From positions 16,457-80,456 of the IMG/VR virus record IMGVR_UViG_3300045921_000463: 64,000 nucleotides of DNA; one strand, 5' to 3'. Made by a program: the position numbers and the translations under genes. A model generated the notes under the pieces. That model was not told where the DNA came from. It searched no databases and saw only the letters and a list, made by a program, of their open reading frames with translations. The DNA is from a virus. Positions 1-9,672 of the stretch are shown here, one piece after another. Each line of letters opens with the position of its first letter. The first letter of the stretch is position 1.

Positions 1-230
1 AACCATGTAGCCGCCATTAACGGGAGTTAGTTCGGTGTAGCGTTTCCAGTGCTTTGAGGGCTTGAAGTCGAGGCCGACACGAAAAACGGTAGTCGTGCTG
101 CTTTCCTTTACCGGAAGCGCACGAAGGCTCTTGTGAGGACGCCTCAGCTTATTGGGTAACTCTGGATCGAACCACCAGAGTTTTCTATTAGGCATTATAC
201 GTTTTTTCAGCATTCGGCATAGCCCTGGTC

Positions 231-262
231 AAAACAAAGGGCGCGGTTGTGCGCGCCCTTTG
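231..262 (-). terminator. Intrinsic terminator after the 378-aa gene
   Basis: 11-bp stem CAAAGGGCGCG/CGCGCCCTTTG followed by TTTT on the minus strand. Confidence 0.65.
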
Positions 263-285
263 TAACCGGTTATAGCAGAACCGTA

Positions 286-1422
286 TCAGGCCGCATCTTT
301 TTCGGCTTTGACGATCTTTGCAGTAATCCGCTTCTGCTTGGTGGCGGAAGCCACGTGTTCTTCGGCCCACGCCATGATGATTCGAGCAAGGGCTTCTGCA
401 TCCGATTCGACGCCGTAGAGCTTCTTGGCTTCTGCAAGCGCCAACTGCACAGCAGTTGCGTTTTCCTCGACCAGCTTGAAGTTGAGCGTGATCGTCTTGA
501 TCGCATTGCGACCGCCAGTGCGCTGCGCAACAGCACCGCTAGGAGTCCTGCCCGATTCGTCAACGTACTTGGTGACGAGAGAGGTCTTGAGTTCCTCGCG
601 CGTCATGTTGCGGGCATCCTCAATGAGGTTTTCATAGTTGTCCTCGGTCACGTAACGCTGAATTTCACGGACCTTGGACCAGCCGATGTCGGACAGCTTG
701 GACGGATCGAAGTTAGGGATCGCTGCAAACGTGGCGTACATCCGCGCAAGGTCGCCGCCTTTCGCTCCGCTGAAACCGAATTCGGCTTGGCAGAAGTCGT
801 CCCACGCCGTTTCGCCTTCGTACTGGCCGCCATTCTCCTTGAGGTAGATGCCCTCGCGTTTGATGCGAGCCAGCAGACCACCGAGGTAGAAGAACGACTG
901 CTCGATCTTGCCGAAGGTTGTCTCGGCAGCGGCGAGAAGATCGCCATTCGCCTGCTGGATGATGTCTTCCAGTTCGCCAACCGAAGGAATCGGCAGATAG
1001 TTGTCGTTCGCTTCTGCAAGCGCACGGCCCGTCAAAGCCTGCACTTCCTGAACGGCAAGTTCCTGACCGTCGATGTTTTCATCGTCGGGATTTTCGAGGA
1101 ACGCCACATAATCGGCAGCCCGGATGCACTCGTACTTCGGAGGCGAATCCTCGGTAGCCTCGTGCACTGCAACGATGACGAGAGTATCGCCTTTCTCGAA
1201 AATGCGATCCTCGTCCGGCGTTTCGTTGACATAGCCGGTAAACTTGACAAAGGTGTTTGCCGGAAGAATGACGATTTCCGAAACCTCTTTTGAAGTTTTT
1301 TCTTTCGCCGCAGTCGCTTTCTTGGCGCGCTGCTTGGTGGCGGTGTCGGAGGCAGCTTTTTCCTTGCTGCCAGCTTTACGAGTGGTGTCCTTGGGAATGA
1401 CCTTGGGTTTGCGTGTTGCCAT
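286..1422 (-). CDS. Hypothetical, probably DNA-binding protein (DUF3102-like middle, RHH-like C-terminus)
   Basis: 378-aa ORF with Lys/Ala-rich N-tail; LGGLLARIK..WDDFCQAEFGFS..ARMY pattern; AAGGA SD and strong promoter upstream. Confidence 0.6.
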   Translation of the reverse strand: MATRKPKVIPKDTTRKAGSKEKAASDTATKQRAKKATAAKEKTSKEVSEIVILPANTFVKFTGYVNETPDEDRIFEKGDTLVIVAVHEATEDSPPKYECIRAADYVAFLENPDDENIDGQELAVQEVQALTGRALAEANDNYLPIPSVGELEDIIQQANGDLLAAAETTFGKIEQSFFYLGGLLARIKREGIYLKENGGQYEGETAWDDFCQAEFGFSGAKGGDLARMYATFAAIPNFDPSKLSDIGWSKVREIQRYVTEDNYENLIEDARNMTREELKTSLVTKYVDESGRTPSGAVAQRTGGRNAIKTITLNFKLVEENATAVQLALAEAKKLYGVESDAEALARIIMAWAEEHVASATKQKRITAKIVKAEKDAA

Positions 1423-1471
1423 TTCCGTATCCTTTCGCGGTATAGGCAGCGGTTAGCAGGTAGTGGCCGTG

Positions 1472-1499
1472 AGTATATGAATCGGTATCTTGTTGTCAA
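1472..1499 (-). promoter_or_regulatory. Sigma70-type promoter
   Basis: TTGACA-N16-TATACT upstream of the gene starting at 1422. Confidence 0.7.
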
Positions 1500-2197
1500 G
1501 CGAATTGCGCAGCTTTGTCGAGAAAAGTGAAATCCCTTGGATTGGTTCGGCGAAAATCGACCGAGAGCTTCTCCCCGCGAACAAAAGCCGCGCAAAGTCT
1601 GGCTGCGTGAAAGGCGTCGGCTTCATCGTCATTTTTGGTTGTAAAGCCAAACCGCTGTGCAGCAAGGATTTTTAGCTGCTTTCCATTATAGCCGCGAGGA
1701 ACGCGACCGTATCCTGTCGCGGCCTTGATAAGACCGTTTGGACTAACGGTCATGTAGGGAATTCTTAAACCATTACGCAAACTTCGCTTGACGATACCGA
1801 CAAGTTCTGCCCGAACAAGAATCTTGCCTGCGAATCGCCCGACGGGGCCATAGTCTTCGATACAAGCGGCTATAACGGGGTATTGCGGATTGGAAAGGTC
1901 GGCAACGATGGTATCCACTACCGAATCTATACGACTTGTGTCGGCAGTATTTTTGGATGTGGTCGTTATGTGATAGTGAAAATCAGGATGACTTTCGTCC
2001 GGTTTCAAGGACATGAGATACACGCCAGTAGAGGTAAGGGATATGTCCAGCCCTACGACATAGGGATAATCTTTTTCGAGCGCCGCCCGAAACAACTTGT
2101 CACAACTGAGCATCTTGCTGTCCTTGTATCCTTTACGCCTTTGCATACCCTGTGCGGCAGCAGCCCGTTTTCTATACCAGCAACAACAGACCTGCAA
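1496..2197 (-). CDS. RuvC-like Holliday junction resolvase (true start probably internal, MLSCDK)
   Basis: VVGLDISLTSTG, CIED and NDDEADA acidic RNase H-fold motifs. Confidence 0.75.
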   Translation of the reverse strand: MQVCCCWYRKRAAAAQGMQRRKGYKDSKMLSCDKLFRAALEKDYPYVVGLDISLTSTGVYLMSLKPDESHPDFHYHITTTSKNTADTSRIDSVVDTIVADLSNPQYPVIAACIEDYGPVGRFAGKILVRAELVGIVKRSLRNGLRIPYMTVSPNGLIKAATGYGRVPRGYNGKQLKILAAQRFGFTTKNDDEADAFHAARLCAAFVRGEKLSVDFRRTNPRDFTFLDKAAQFA

Positions 2198-2943
2198 CGC
2201 TCTATTAAAGGCTGTATTCTTTTGGCTGGAAGGACCGCAGCTTCCAGTTCCTTGAACGGCAATTCGCTGTACATTCTTGAAACACTGCGGTCGATATATA
2301 TGAACCTTACAAAATCGGCAGCATCGTAGCCGAGCTTTTTCAGAATGTAATAGTATAAGCTTGCCTGAACATGGTGATCGCCAAGAGGTGCTTTCATGTC
2401 GGAAAAAACAATATCCTGACGATCTATGGTCTTTATTTCATAAATGATGATCTTGCCGTTGTCCATGCGAAACAACAAATCAGGATGCCCCACGAGTCTT
2501 ATATCTTCTACGCGAAGATCGACTTCACGATAACACATGTTGCTTTTTTCAGCGCCGCATTTTTCGCAGGCTGCCGGTCTGTAGCAAAAACTGTACCTAT
2601 GCCCACACTTCTGACATTCCCAATCACCCCATACAAGATGACCGTATTCGACCGACGTTTCCATGAATCTCTTTATGACTACATGATCGCCTATCAGGTT
2701 TCCAGTATCCCAGAGCAGTCGCATCTTGGGGGGTACCGTACCTGTCGGAGCTACTCTGCGCTCAAAGTACCTCAGCACAAACTCCCTTGCACAGAACTTG
2801 TCCGCCGTTCCGTTTTTCAGAAGATCGGAAACATGGACATAAGGCATACCCCTGCCGGTGTTGTTTGTTCTTCCGTATACAACAGTGGGAGCATTCAACA
2901 AGGCAGCAACCGAACCTAGCGGCAGTTCATTGACCGGCATCAT
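2053..2943 (-). CDS. PD-(D/E)XK / Cas4-like exonuclease
   Basis: GHPDLL..YEIKT..QASLY motifs; N-terminal Cys plus C-terminal Cys cluster; internal CxxC pairs. Confidence 0.75.
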   Translation of the reverse strand: MMPVNELPLGSVAALLNAPTVVYGRTNNTGRGMPYVHVSDLLKNGTADKFCAREFVLRYFERRVAPTGTVPPKMRLLWDTGNLIGDHVVIKRFMETSVEYGHLVWGDWECQKCGHRYSFCYRPAACEKCGAEKSNMCYREVDLRVEDIRLVGHPDLLFRMDNGKIIIYEIKTIDRQDIVFSDMKAPLGDHHVQASLYYYILKKLGYDAADFVRFIYIDRSVSRMYSELPFKELEAAVLPAKRIQPLIERCRSVVAGIENGLLPHRVCKGVKDTRTARCSVVTSCFGRRSKKIIPMS

Positions 2944-3304
2944 TCAACAACCTTACCAGATCGTTTACGGGTATGCACGCCACTTCACCTTCGCTCTTTC
3001 CGGTTTGTCTGTCTATGAACTCGATAACAATAGCAGGAACCTCATTGCAGGCCAAGCCTGCATTTACAATCTTGTCAATCATTTCACGAGTAACAGAAAA
3101 GGATTTGCGTGAAGTCGTCTTGTGTTCGATGCGAACAATGCCAACTTTTCTCACATCGCCTTTTTCGATCTTGTTTCCGCTTCCGTTCACTTTTCTGCCA
3201 CCAATGCGAACCGCAAGTTTCTTTTCATTGTTTTTGGATTGCCAATAGGACTTGGGTTGAGACGCCTTGCGTTCAAGTCTTTTGATAAGCGGATTCTTGT
3301 TCAT
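2927..3304 (-). CDS. Hjc-type resolvase / PD-(D/E)XK endonuclease
   Basis: NEKKLA..GSG..KGDV..IEHKTT motif. Confidence 0.65.
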   Translation of the reverse strand: MNKNPLIKRLERKASQPKSYWQSKNNEKKLAVRIGGRKVNGSGNKIEKGDVRKVGIVRIEHKTTSRKSFSVTREMIDKIVNAGLACNEVPAIVIEFIDRQTGKSEGEVACIPVNDLVRLLNDAGQ

Positions 3305-4467
3305 TCCAAATTCCAGCGGCGGCGGTAGGCGTCTACGATATTGCTAATAACGCGGTTATAGACGGTCTGGTTTTCGATTGCCCATTCGGTAAGCTGCCCT
3401 GAGCCTCTGAATTTGGTCGAAACGCCGTCAATGCTAAAAGCCGATGGGGAGCCGTGAATTACTCCTACCTTGAGCCCCGAGCTTACAACTGCCTTTGCTT
3501 GATCTACCCAACCCTCTAGCATACCGCTGTGTGGTGCACGAACAAGTCTGAACATGCCCTCTCTCAAGGGACCGCCTGTCTTGTTTTTTGTAATCTTGAT
3601 CATATGTTCGTTATACAAAACGATGTCGTCGCCAACATCGTCCTTTCCGAAATGCTCCTTGTTCTTGATTTCGAGTTGCTGCGACATGAAAAACTCGATT
3701 GCCTTGCCACCCGGCAATGTTCTTGGGTCTCCAAACACAAGGCCGATTTTCATTCGAAACTGATTCAAGCACATATGGTGCACAAGATGATCACGCTTTC
3801 GTTCAGAAAGCAGTGCGTTCTGTGCCTTTCGCACATATTTGCCGATAAGCCTTGCCTGCAAGCCCATGAATTCCTGCATTGCGCTTTCTTCGATTTCCTT
3901 CATGGGAACGAGCGCCGCGATGGAATCCGTGACAACCATTGAAACTTCCTTGGCGCGGATCACACCATCACATATGTCGATTGCGTGTTCGCCGGATTCT
4001 GGTTCTGCAATAACTATACGAGAAAGATCGCACCCGAGTTTGCGTGCCCATGCCTTATCGAAAGTTCCCTCGGCATCTATAATTACAACAGCACTGTCTG
4101 GGTATTTGCGTTGAACACTTGCAATGCACAGACATGCCGTGGTTGACTTACCGGCGGAACGCTCGCCATAGACCATTGAGGCACGGCCCATGCTGAATCC
4201 GCCACCCAAGGTCAGATCAAGCGCAAGCACGCCTGTTTCGAGACGTGGTGCTGTGAATTTCTTTGAATTCGCAATATGGAACGCTTCGCCGTAATCACCG
4301 GAATCCGTTATCTTTCGAACAAGTATTGCAAGTTCGGAGTCTGGTTTCTGCAAAATGGTTTCCGTCGGTATTTCTCGTTTCTTTACACGAGAGCTTGACA
4401 CGGCAGAGGGGGCATCGCTGCCCCCTCCTGAATTCGCGGACATTGTATTTCGCCGCTTTATTGCCAT
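3301..4467 (-). CDS. recA: RecA/UvsX-like recombinase
   Basis: TGVLALDLTLGGG, Walker A GERSAGKST, IDAEG, DSIAALVP, NQFRMKIG..GDP..PGG. Confidence 0.93.
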   Translation of the reverse strand: MAIKRRNTMSANSGGGSDAPSAVSSSRVKKREIPTETILQKPDSELAILVRKITDSGDYGEAFHIANSKKFTAPRLETGVLALDLTLGGGFSMGRASMVYGERSAGKSTTACLCIASVQRKYPDSAVVIIDAEGTFDKAWARKLGCDLSRIVIAEPESGEHAIDICDGVIRAKEVSMVVTDSIAALVPMKEIEESAMQEFMGLQARLIGKYVRKAQNALLSERKRDHLVHHMCLNQFRMKIGLVFGDPRTLPGGKAIEFFMSQQLEIKNKEHFGKDDVGDDIVLYNEHMIKITKNKTGGPLREGMFRLVRAPHSGMLEGWVDQAKAVVSSGLKVGVIHGSPSAFSIDGVSTKFRGSGQLTEWAIENQTVYNRVISNIVDAYRRRWNLE

Positions 4468-4473
4468 AACAGG

Positions 4474-5352
4474 TTATTCCTCGCTGGCTTCTTCCTGAAA
4501 TTTCAGAATGGCATTGATGTAGGCTGTTTTCTTTGCCTTAAGGTCAGCGCCCTTTTTCATGGTAACTTCGACTTCCCACGCTTCGGCAATTTCTTGAAGT
4601 TCGGAAAGTTTCATCCCCTTAAGTTCTTCCTCGGTGTAAGGCTCGTCTTGCTCGTCGTCGGACTCGTCGTCGGATTCCTCATCTTCGGATTCCTCATCTT
4701 CGGATTCCTCATCTTCGGATTCCTCGTCTTCGGATTCCTCATCTTCGGATTCCTCGTCTTCGGACTCGTCGTCTTCGAACAACGCCGCGAGAACAGCTTC
4801 TCGCAGTTCCTTGATGCCAAGTTTCGAGTCCACATCAAGATCGTATTCCTTGATGAGTGCACGAAGTTCCGGCGCTTTCATTGCGGCAACGTCATCGTAG
4901 GTGAGTTCGTCCGACTCTTCGGATTCCTCGGAATCGTCCGATTCGTCGGCATCTTCGGCATGGGCCTTTGCCTTGGTTTCTTCCAGTTTCTTGCCAAAGT
5001 CGGTTTCGATTTCGGCTTTCCCCTCATCGGGATCGGAATAGGAATCGAAAACAGAACCGGCAACCGAAGTGATGCGAGCCGTCAACCAATCGCTGATCGC
5101 AGCGTCGAGTTTGGTCTTGTATTCGTCTGCCTGATCAACAGGAACGTTATGAAATTCCTGTCCGACAGACACAAAAACCTCGTCTCCGACTTCGGAACGC
5201 TGTTTTACCGACACGGTTTGCTTGATCACCGTGAAAACCGGCACGGTAGCCTTGTCGTTCGTAATGGTCATTTGCGCATCACCCTCACTGGTCTTTTGAA
5301 TTTGGGGCGGTCGCCCTGCTTTCCTGATAGCCATTGTGCTGTAGTCTCCCAT
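4474..5352 (-). CDS. Highly acidic protein with two Rho-N/HeH-like helical motifs
   Basis: MKAPELRALIKEYDL and MKLSELQEIAEAWEV motifs flank an (EDEES)n tract. Confidence 0.65.
   Translation of the reverse strand: MGDYSTMAIRKAGRPPQIQKTSEGDAQMTITNDKATVPVFTVIKQTVSVKQRSEVGDEVFVSVGQEFHNVPVDQADEYKTKLDAAISDWLTARITSVAGSVFDSYSDPDEGKAEIETDFGKKLEETKAKAHAEDADESDDSEESEESDELTYDDVAAMKAPELRALIKEYDLDVDSKLGIKELREAVLAALFEDDESEDEESEDEESEDEESEDEESEDEESEDEESDDESDDEQDEPYTEEELKGMKLSELQEIAEAWEVEVTMKKGADLKAKKTAYINAILKFQEEASEE
4670..4767. repeat. 15-bp tandem repeat (about 6 copies) encoding EDEES
   Basis: TCGGATTCCTCRTCT repeated. Confidence 0.9.
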
Positions 5353-5921
5353 TGCTGACGAAGTTGACGGATTGTACTGTAAAGCTTTTCCTTCGTATCG
5401 AAGTGGTCTTTTCTGTAGTAGGCGAAACGTCGTTTGTGGTCGCCGATGATTGTAAGGATAGCCCGAACTTCTTCAAGATGATAGACAAGCAACTCTTTCT
5501 TGCTGATTCTTGTAAGAAGCACAGGTGACGGAATGATGGCGTCATCGCCCGAAGTCTGTCGCCAGAACGTCTGCAAACTCACTTGCAGCAGTTCTGCAAC
5601 CTTTGTCTTTGTAAAGCACGGAGCCTTGAATACCCGTCCTTTATATTCGACTTCCATGATTTCAGCCATGGTCGCAAAATAGCTAAGCGACCGCATCGGA
5701 TTGACGATTTCGAAATCCTTTGCCTTTTTCTTGCGATAATAGGCTCGCTGGTTTTCTAGGTGTTTCTGGCGAAACTCTGGATCAGTCCGGTAGCGTTCCG
5801 TACTACGATTTACGCCAATGGATTTTGCCTTTTTTTCTGTATTCTTGGACAACCGCTTGATAGCTTTTTTCGGCGGTTTGCGAATATTACGCATTATCCG
5901 TGCTCCTGTAAGTGCTGCCAC
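5268..5921 (-). CDS. Basic hypothetical protein with HTH-like motif
   Basis: FTKTKVAELLQVSLQTFWR resembles a MerR/excisionase HTH. Confidence 0.55.
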   Translation of the reverse strand: MAALTGARIMRNIRKPPKKAIKRLSKNTEKKAKSIGVNRSTERYRTDPEFRQKHLENQRAYYRKKKAKDFEIVNPMRSLSYFATMAEIMEVEYKGRVFKAPCFTKTKVAELLQVSLQTFWRQTSGDDAIIPSPVLLTRISKKELLVYHLEEVRAILTIIGDHKRRFAYYRKDHFDTKEKLYSTIRQLRQQWETTAQWLSGKQGDRPKFKRPVRVMRK

Positions 5922-7563
5922 TTATGTAAGTGATCGTTGCTTTAGCATTTAGCAGAGATTTCTCCCGAGCAGAAGCTTTTTTATCAAAAAAATGATTCAT
6001 TGCTTGAGCGATCTTGATTTGCTTGTCCCAATCGGATGAAAAGCCCTTTCTAGGTGGCATAACGAAACGATCATGAATCGCATACCATTCCGGTTGAGGC
6101 TTGTAAAAACCGTCTGCGCTGCGCAGGGTTCGCCCAAGGGGCTGTGTTATGTTTCCATATGGTGTAGCTTCAACGCCCATGTCGATTCTCGGATAGTCCA
6201 CGCCTTTGGCGAATATTTTATAGGTAGCCAGTATAATATTGCAAAAATTTGCGATAGTGTCAAGAGCTTCCTGAGAAGCCTTTACTGTATTGCGAACGAC
6301 AGAGAAAGAGACGGGCATTCCTTGTCTCAGATTTTTTTTAAGGGCGAAAGGCAGAATGTCGGCGATGTCCTTGTAGTCGCCGCTATCGAGCAACATGGCT
6401 ATTCTGTTAGCTTCTGCGTTCGTAACCGCAAGATCGAGACGCTGCTGTGTCTTTCCATAGCTGTACGAGACCGTGAAGGTTTGAGCGTCATATTCGGCAA
6501 CATGCAAACCTACGCGATCTGGCTCAACGCCCATCGACAACAAGATATGCTGAATGGCTTGAAGTTGCGCAACCCTGTCTGACAATACCAGACACACACG
6601 GTTTCGCTTGTAACCGTGTTCGAATATGATGTTCGCCACGAGTTTGTTACGTCTTTTGTCGCTTGCCAGCGAATTGATCAACGTCCCGTCGCTGTAAACG
6701 TTGTACAAGGTATCTAGACGGTTTCTGACGATAAACGCCTTGGGCTTTAGAACTTCCTGTCTGGATACGACAGCCGGGGTTCCCAGATAATCGTTTACAA
6801 GTGTGCCGAACCGGCCCTTCTTGTTGGTTGCTGTCATTCCCACAAGCACTCTGGCCTTGAACATGCCGAGCGCCTTGTGGTAGCGGCTGCCGAAAATCTG
6901 AACCTCATCGTATACGACAAGGCCGAAATGACTATACAAACCTTCTGGATATTTTCTGGACATCAGGGATTGAACCATGGCGATGCAGAACGGCTTGTCG
7001 TTATAGTTGCATGAATCCTGTTGTATGCGACCTACGTTTCTGCTGGTCCATTCCCTTCCGAAGAACTTGGTGAAGTTGCGAAGAAAGCCAGCCGCGATCT
7101 TGTTGCTGTCAACGACTATGAGGGTCGGCGTATCCAGCATTATGCCGAGGTTGATAGCGGCTAGACTTTTGCCCGAACCGGTCTGCGCGTTAGCCAATAT
7201 CTGCCTAGGTCCGCGTTCTCTTGCCTGGATATGTATACCACGAAAGAAGGTTGACTGCGCGTTGTCACGCGGAGGTATCGGCTTGATGTCCATGTTGGCG
7301 CGAGGAAACACTGTCCTGTCATCAAAGAAAGACACTCCAAACCTGTTGAACGCCCAAGATCGGGGAACACCCACGTAATCGCCTTTGTAAACAAAGGCAC
7401 GAAGGACTACTGTTTCTTGTTCCTTGTGTCCCCATATTGCTCTGTACTCAGCGGAAGTTCTGACTATATCAGGAATGCTTTGTCTGTATGTCAATTCGGA
7501 ACGCATACCCTTGGTAAAGGATAGGCGCGGAATGAATGCAAGGTTTGAAACACGGGCTTTCAT
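5887..7563 (-). CDS. Superfamily 2 DNA helicase (UvsW/Rad25-like)
   Basis: AQTGSGKS, YDEVQ, GMTAT, KGVDYPRID, QPLGRTLR. Confidence 0.88.
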   Translation of the reverse strand: MKARVSNLAFIPRLSFTKGMRSELTYRQSIPDIVRTSAEYRAIWGHKEQETVVLRAFVYKGDYVGVPRSWAFNRFGVSFFDDRTVFPRANMDIKPIPPRDNAQSTFFRGIHIQARERGPRQILANAQTGSGKSLAAINLGIMLDTPTLIVVDSNKIAAGFLRNFTKFFGREWTSRNVGRIQQDSCNYNDKPFCIAMVQSLMSRKYPEGLYSHFGLVVYDEVQIFGSRYHKALGMFKARVLVGMTATNKKGRFGTLVNDYLGTPAVVSRQEVLKPKAFIVRNRLDTLYNVYSDGTLINSLASDKRRNKLVANIIFEHGYKRNRVCLVLSDRVAQLQAIQHILLSMGVEPDRVGLHVAEYDAQTFTVSYSYGKTQQRLDLAVTNAEANRIAMLLDSGDYKDIADILPFALKKNLRQGMPVSFSVVRNTVKASQEALDTIANFCNIILATYKIFAKGVDYPRIDMGVEATPYGNITQPLGRTLRSADGFYKPQPEWYAIHDRFVMPPRKGFSSDWDKQIKIAQAMNHFFDKKASAREKSLLNAKATITYISGSTYRSTDNA

Positions 7564-7624
7564 TTACAGCCTTCGAAGATTGCAGCGGCGCACATACGCC
7601 GCTGCTGTAACGCTGTTATAGGGC

Positions 7625-8446
7625 TTAGCCCCAATTTATACCGTCTTCCTCGTCGTCGAAACCGCCGGACTGTTCGGCAAGAAGCTTGTTGCCGCCGTAC
7701 CTTTCGATCAATTCCTGTGCAGTCGGCGTCGGGAAAATCTTGAAGTAGTCCGGCGGGCTCAGAAGTTCCTGCTTGCCGCGAACGAGTTTTTGAATCGTTT
7801 CTTCGGAAACCAGCCTATCCTTGAATTCGATGTCCTCGCCGATTGATGCTTCCTTTGCACCATGACGACGATGAATCGCAACAAGGCCACGGAAAGTTCC
7901 GTGCTTCTTCCATTGCCTTTCGAACTTGGCAATGTTTCTGGACTTGATCGGGATCAGTTTCTTGCTCAATTTGACGAGCTGACCTTCACGGTTTCGATAA
8001 GGTCTCTTGTCTAGAGCCGTGAGCATGAGCGTGTAGGTTCCTTCCTTGCCGAGCATCTTGCACAGCGGGCAGATTTCGCCTGTGTCCGCAATACATACCT
8101 CATCGTCGAAACCGCCGCGCGGATTCTTGATCGTGTGAAGTCGCACAAAGAAAGGTTGCTGGTCCAGATACAGCAATTCTACCGTGTTGTTGCCCTTGCT
8201 GATGTCTCCTTGTGTAATACGAAACGCGAAAGGCTTTTCTCTGCGCCGTTCGTATTCTTCCTGCTGACGTTTTTGCTGACGATTTGCAATGGCAAAACCG
8301 GCCTCGCCTGTGATTGCTGCCGACTTTGCCTTGCTGGTTTCGTCTTCGATAAGAGTGGAGATATGGCTTGCTCTGGAAGACGGTTTGGTAGCGGAGGTTT
8401 CGACTCTCTTGGGCTTTTGCGATTTTACGGGTCTCTTGATTACCAT
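7625..8446 (-). CDS. Single-stranded DNA-binding protein (gp32-like); start chosen at MVIKRP
   Basis: H..C..CPLC Zn motif, acidic C-terminus DDEEDGINWG, position between primase and helicase; TTGACA promoter at 8543-8548. Confidence 0.65.
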   Translation of the reverse strand: MVIKRPVKSQKPKRVETSATKPSSRASHISTLIEDETSKAKSAAITGEAGFAIANRQQKRQQEEYERRREKPFAFRITQGDISKGNNTVELLYLDQQPFFVRLHTIKNPRGGFDDEVCIADTGEICPLCKMLGKEGTYTLMLTALDKRPYRNREGQLVKLSKKLIPIKSRNIAKFERQWKKHGTFRGLVAIHRRHGAKEASIGEDIEFKDRLVSEETIQKLVRGKQELLSPPDYFKIFPTPTAQELIERYGGNKLLAEQSGGFDDEEDGINWG

Positions 8447-8562
8447 GCTTCTGGCCTTTCGACGATTTTGGTTCCAGCGGGTTTGTGCGTTTGCAGCTTG
8501 TCCATGTGTGGACGAGGATAAATTAGCATGTCGAATAATGTATGTCAAAGATTTTTTGCTTC

Positions 8563-9660
8563 CTAAAACGGAATGTTATCGCTGTTCTTCCTGTACTCTG
8601 GAAGGAAAAACAAGCCGCGATAAAGCCATGAACTGGAAATCGCATGTCGTATTTCATGTATTGTAAGGCTATCCGGGTCTTTTCTGTTATCCGAGATTGC
8701 GCTTTTTGGGTATCTGGCGATCCAGACCGGAACGTGTGAGAACAAACGCTCGGCCCATGAAAGGTATGTGTTTTCCCTGAGACCTGTCTGGATGTTTATA
8801 TTTCCGAATGTAGCTGCATCGCCAGCCGCGTCGTTATCCAGAAAAAGCGTTACCGGTCGATTAAGTCTTATCAGATAGTTCACCTTGTGATCCGTTACTG
8901 CTGTTCCAAGAATAGCATGTGTGCCTCGATAGCCTGCCTGCTGACAGCGTGCATAGTCGAAAGGTCCCTCGACAAGAATGATTCGAGAATTTCCGGGCTT
9001 TCTTTTCCAGCGCGGATTGAACAAGAACAATCTGTCTTTCTGGAGACCGCCGTAGTCACGGCTTTTGGGATTCGCGCTGCTGCTTTTGCCTATGTAGCGG
9101 TCGGACATTACAGACCTGCCTGTAAATCCGCAAAGCTGCAAATTTTCGTCATATACGGGAAAAAGTACTCGTTGCTGGTTTTCGTCAAAGCGCAAACCAA
9201 GCCTCACGGCATCTAAAGGACTGTATCCGCGTTTCTTCAAGTACGGGTGAAGCGCCACGCCACCAAAGGATGGCATATTGAGCAATTTCGCATTGTCTTC
9301 CTTGGACTCATTTACAATTCCTGTATCGTCATCCCATTCCGGTACCGGCGATGTTTCGGATTCTTCGAACTCGGCCCGCTCGGCCCACGCAACAAGTTCG
9401 GAATAATCTGCCCCACGCAATTTTCCAAGCCTTGCTGGCAAAAGTGCCAGCGATCCTTTGGAGCCGCATGAGAAACACTTGTAGTGTGAGCGGCGATTGC
9501 CACTCGCAAGAACCCCAAACGACGGATGGTTATCAACTCTGTTTTTATGGTACCAAGGCGCAAACGGGCACTGATAGTTATACCAACTTCCAGATACCTG
9601 CCTTGGTTTTAGCGGTACACCAAGTTTTGAAAGTAATGCCTCAGCGGTTTCTATCTTCAT
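8563..9660 (-). CDS. DNA primase
   Basis: CPF..H..CFSC zinc finger; TOPRIM LVEGPFD and FLDNDAAG; KDPD. Confidence 0.9.
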   Translation of the reverse strand: MKIETAEALLSKLGVPLKPRQVSGSWYNYQCPFAPWYHKNRVDNHPSFGVLASGNRRSHYKCFSCGSKGSLALLPARLGKLRGADYSELVAWAERAEFEESETSPVPEWDDDTGIVNESKEDNAKLLNMPSFGGVALHPYLKKRGYSPLDAVRLGLRFDENQQRVLFPVYDENLQLCGFTGRSVMSDRYIGKSSSANPKSRDYGGLQKDRLFLFNPRWKRKPGNSRIILVEGPFDYARCQQAGYRGTHAILGTAVTDHKVNYLIRLNRPVTLFLDNDAAGDAATFGNINIQTGLRENTYLSWAERLFSHVPVWIARYPKSAISDNRKDPDSLTIHEIRHAISSSWLYRGLFFLPEYRKNSDNIPF

Positions 9661-9672
9661 CCATATAACGGG

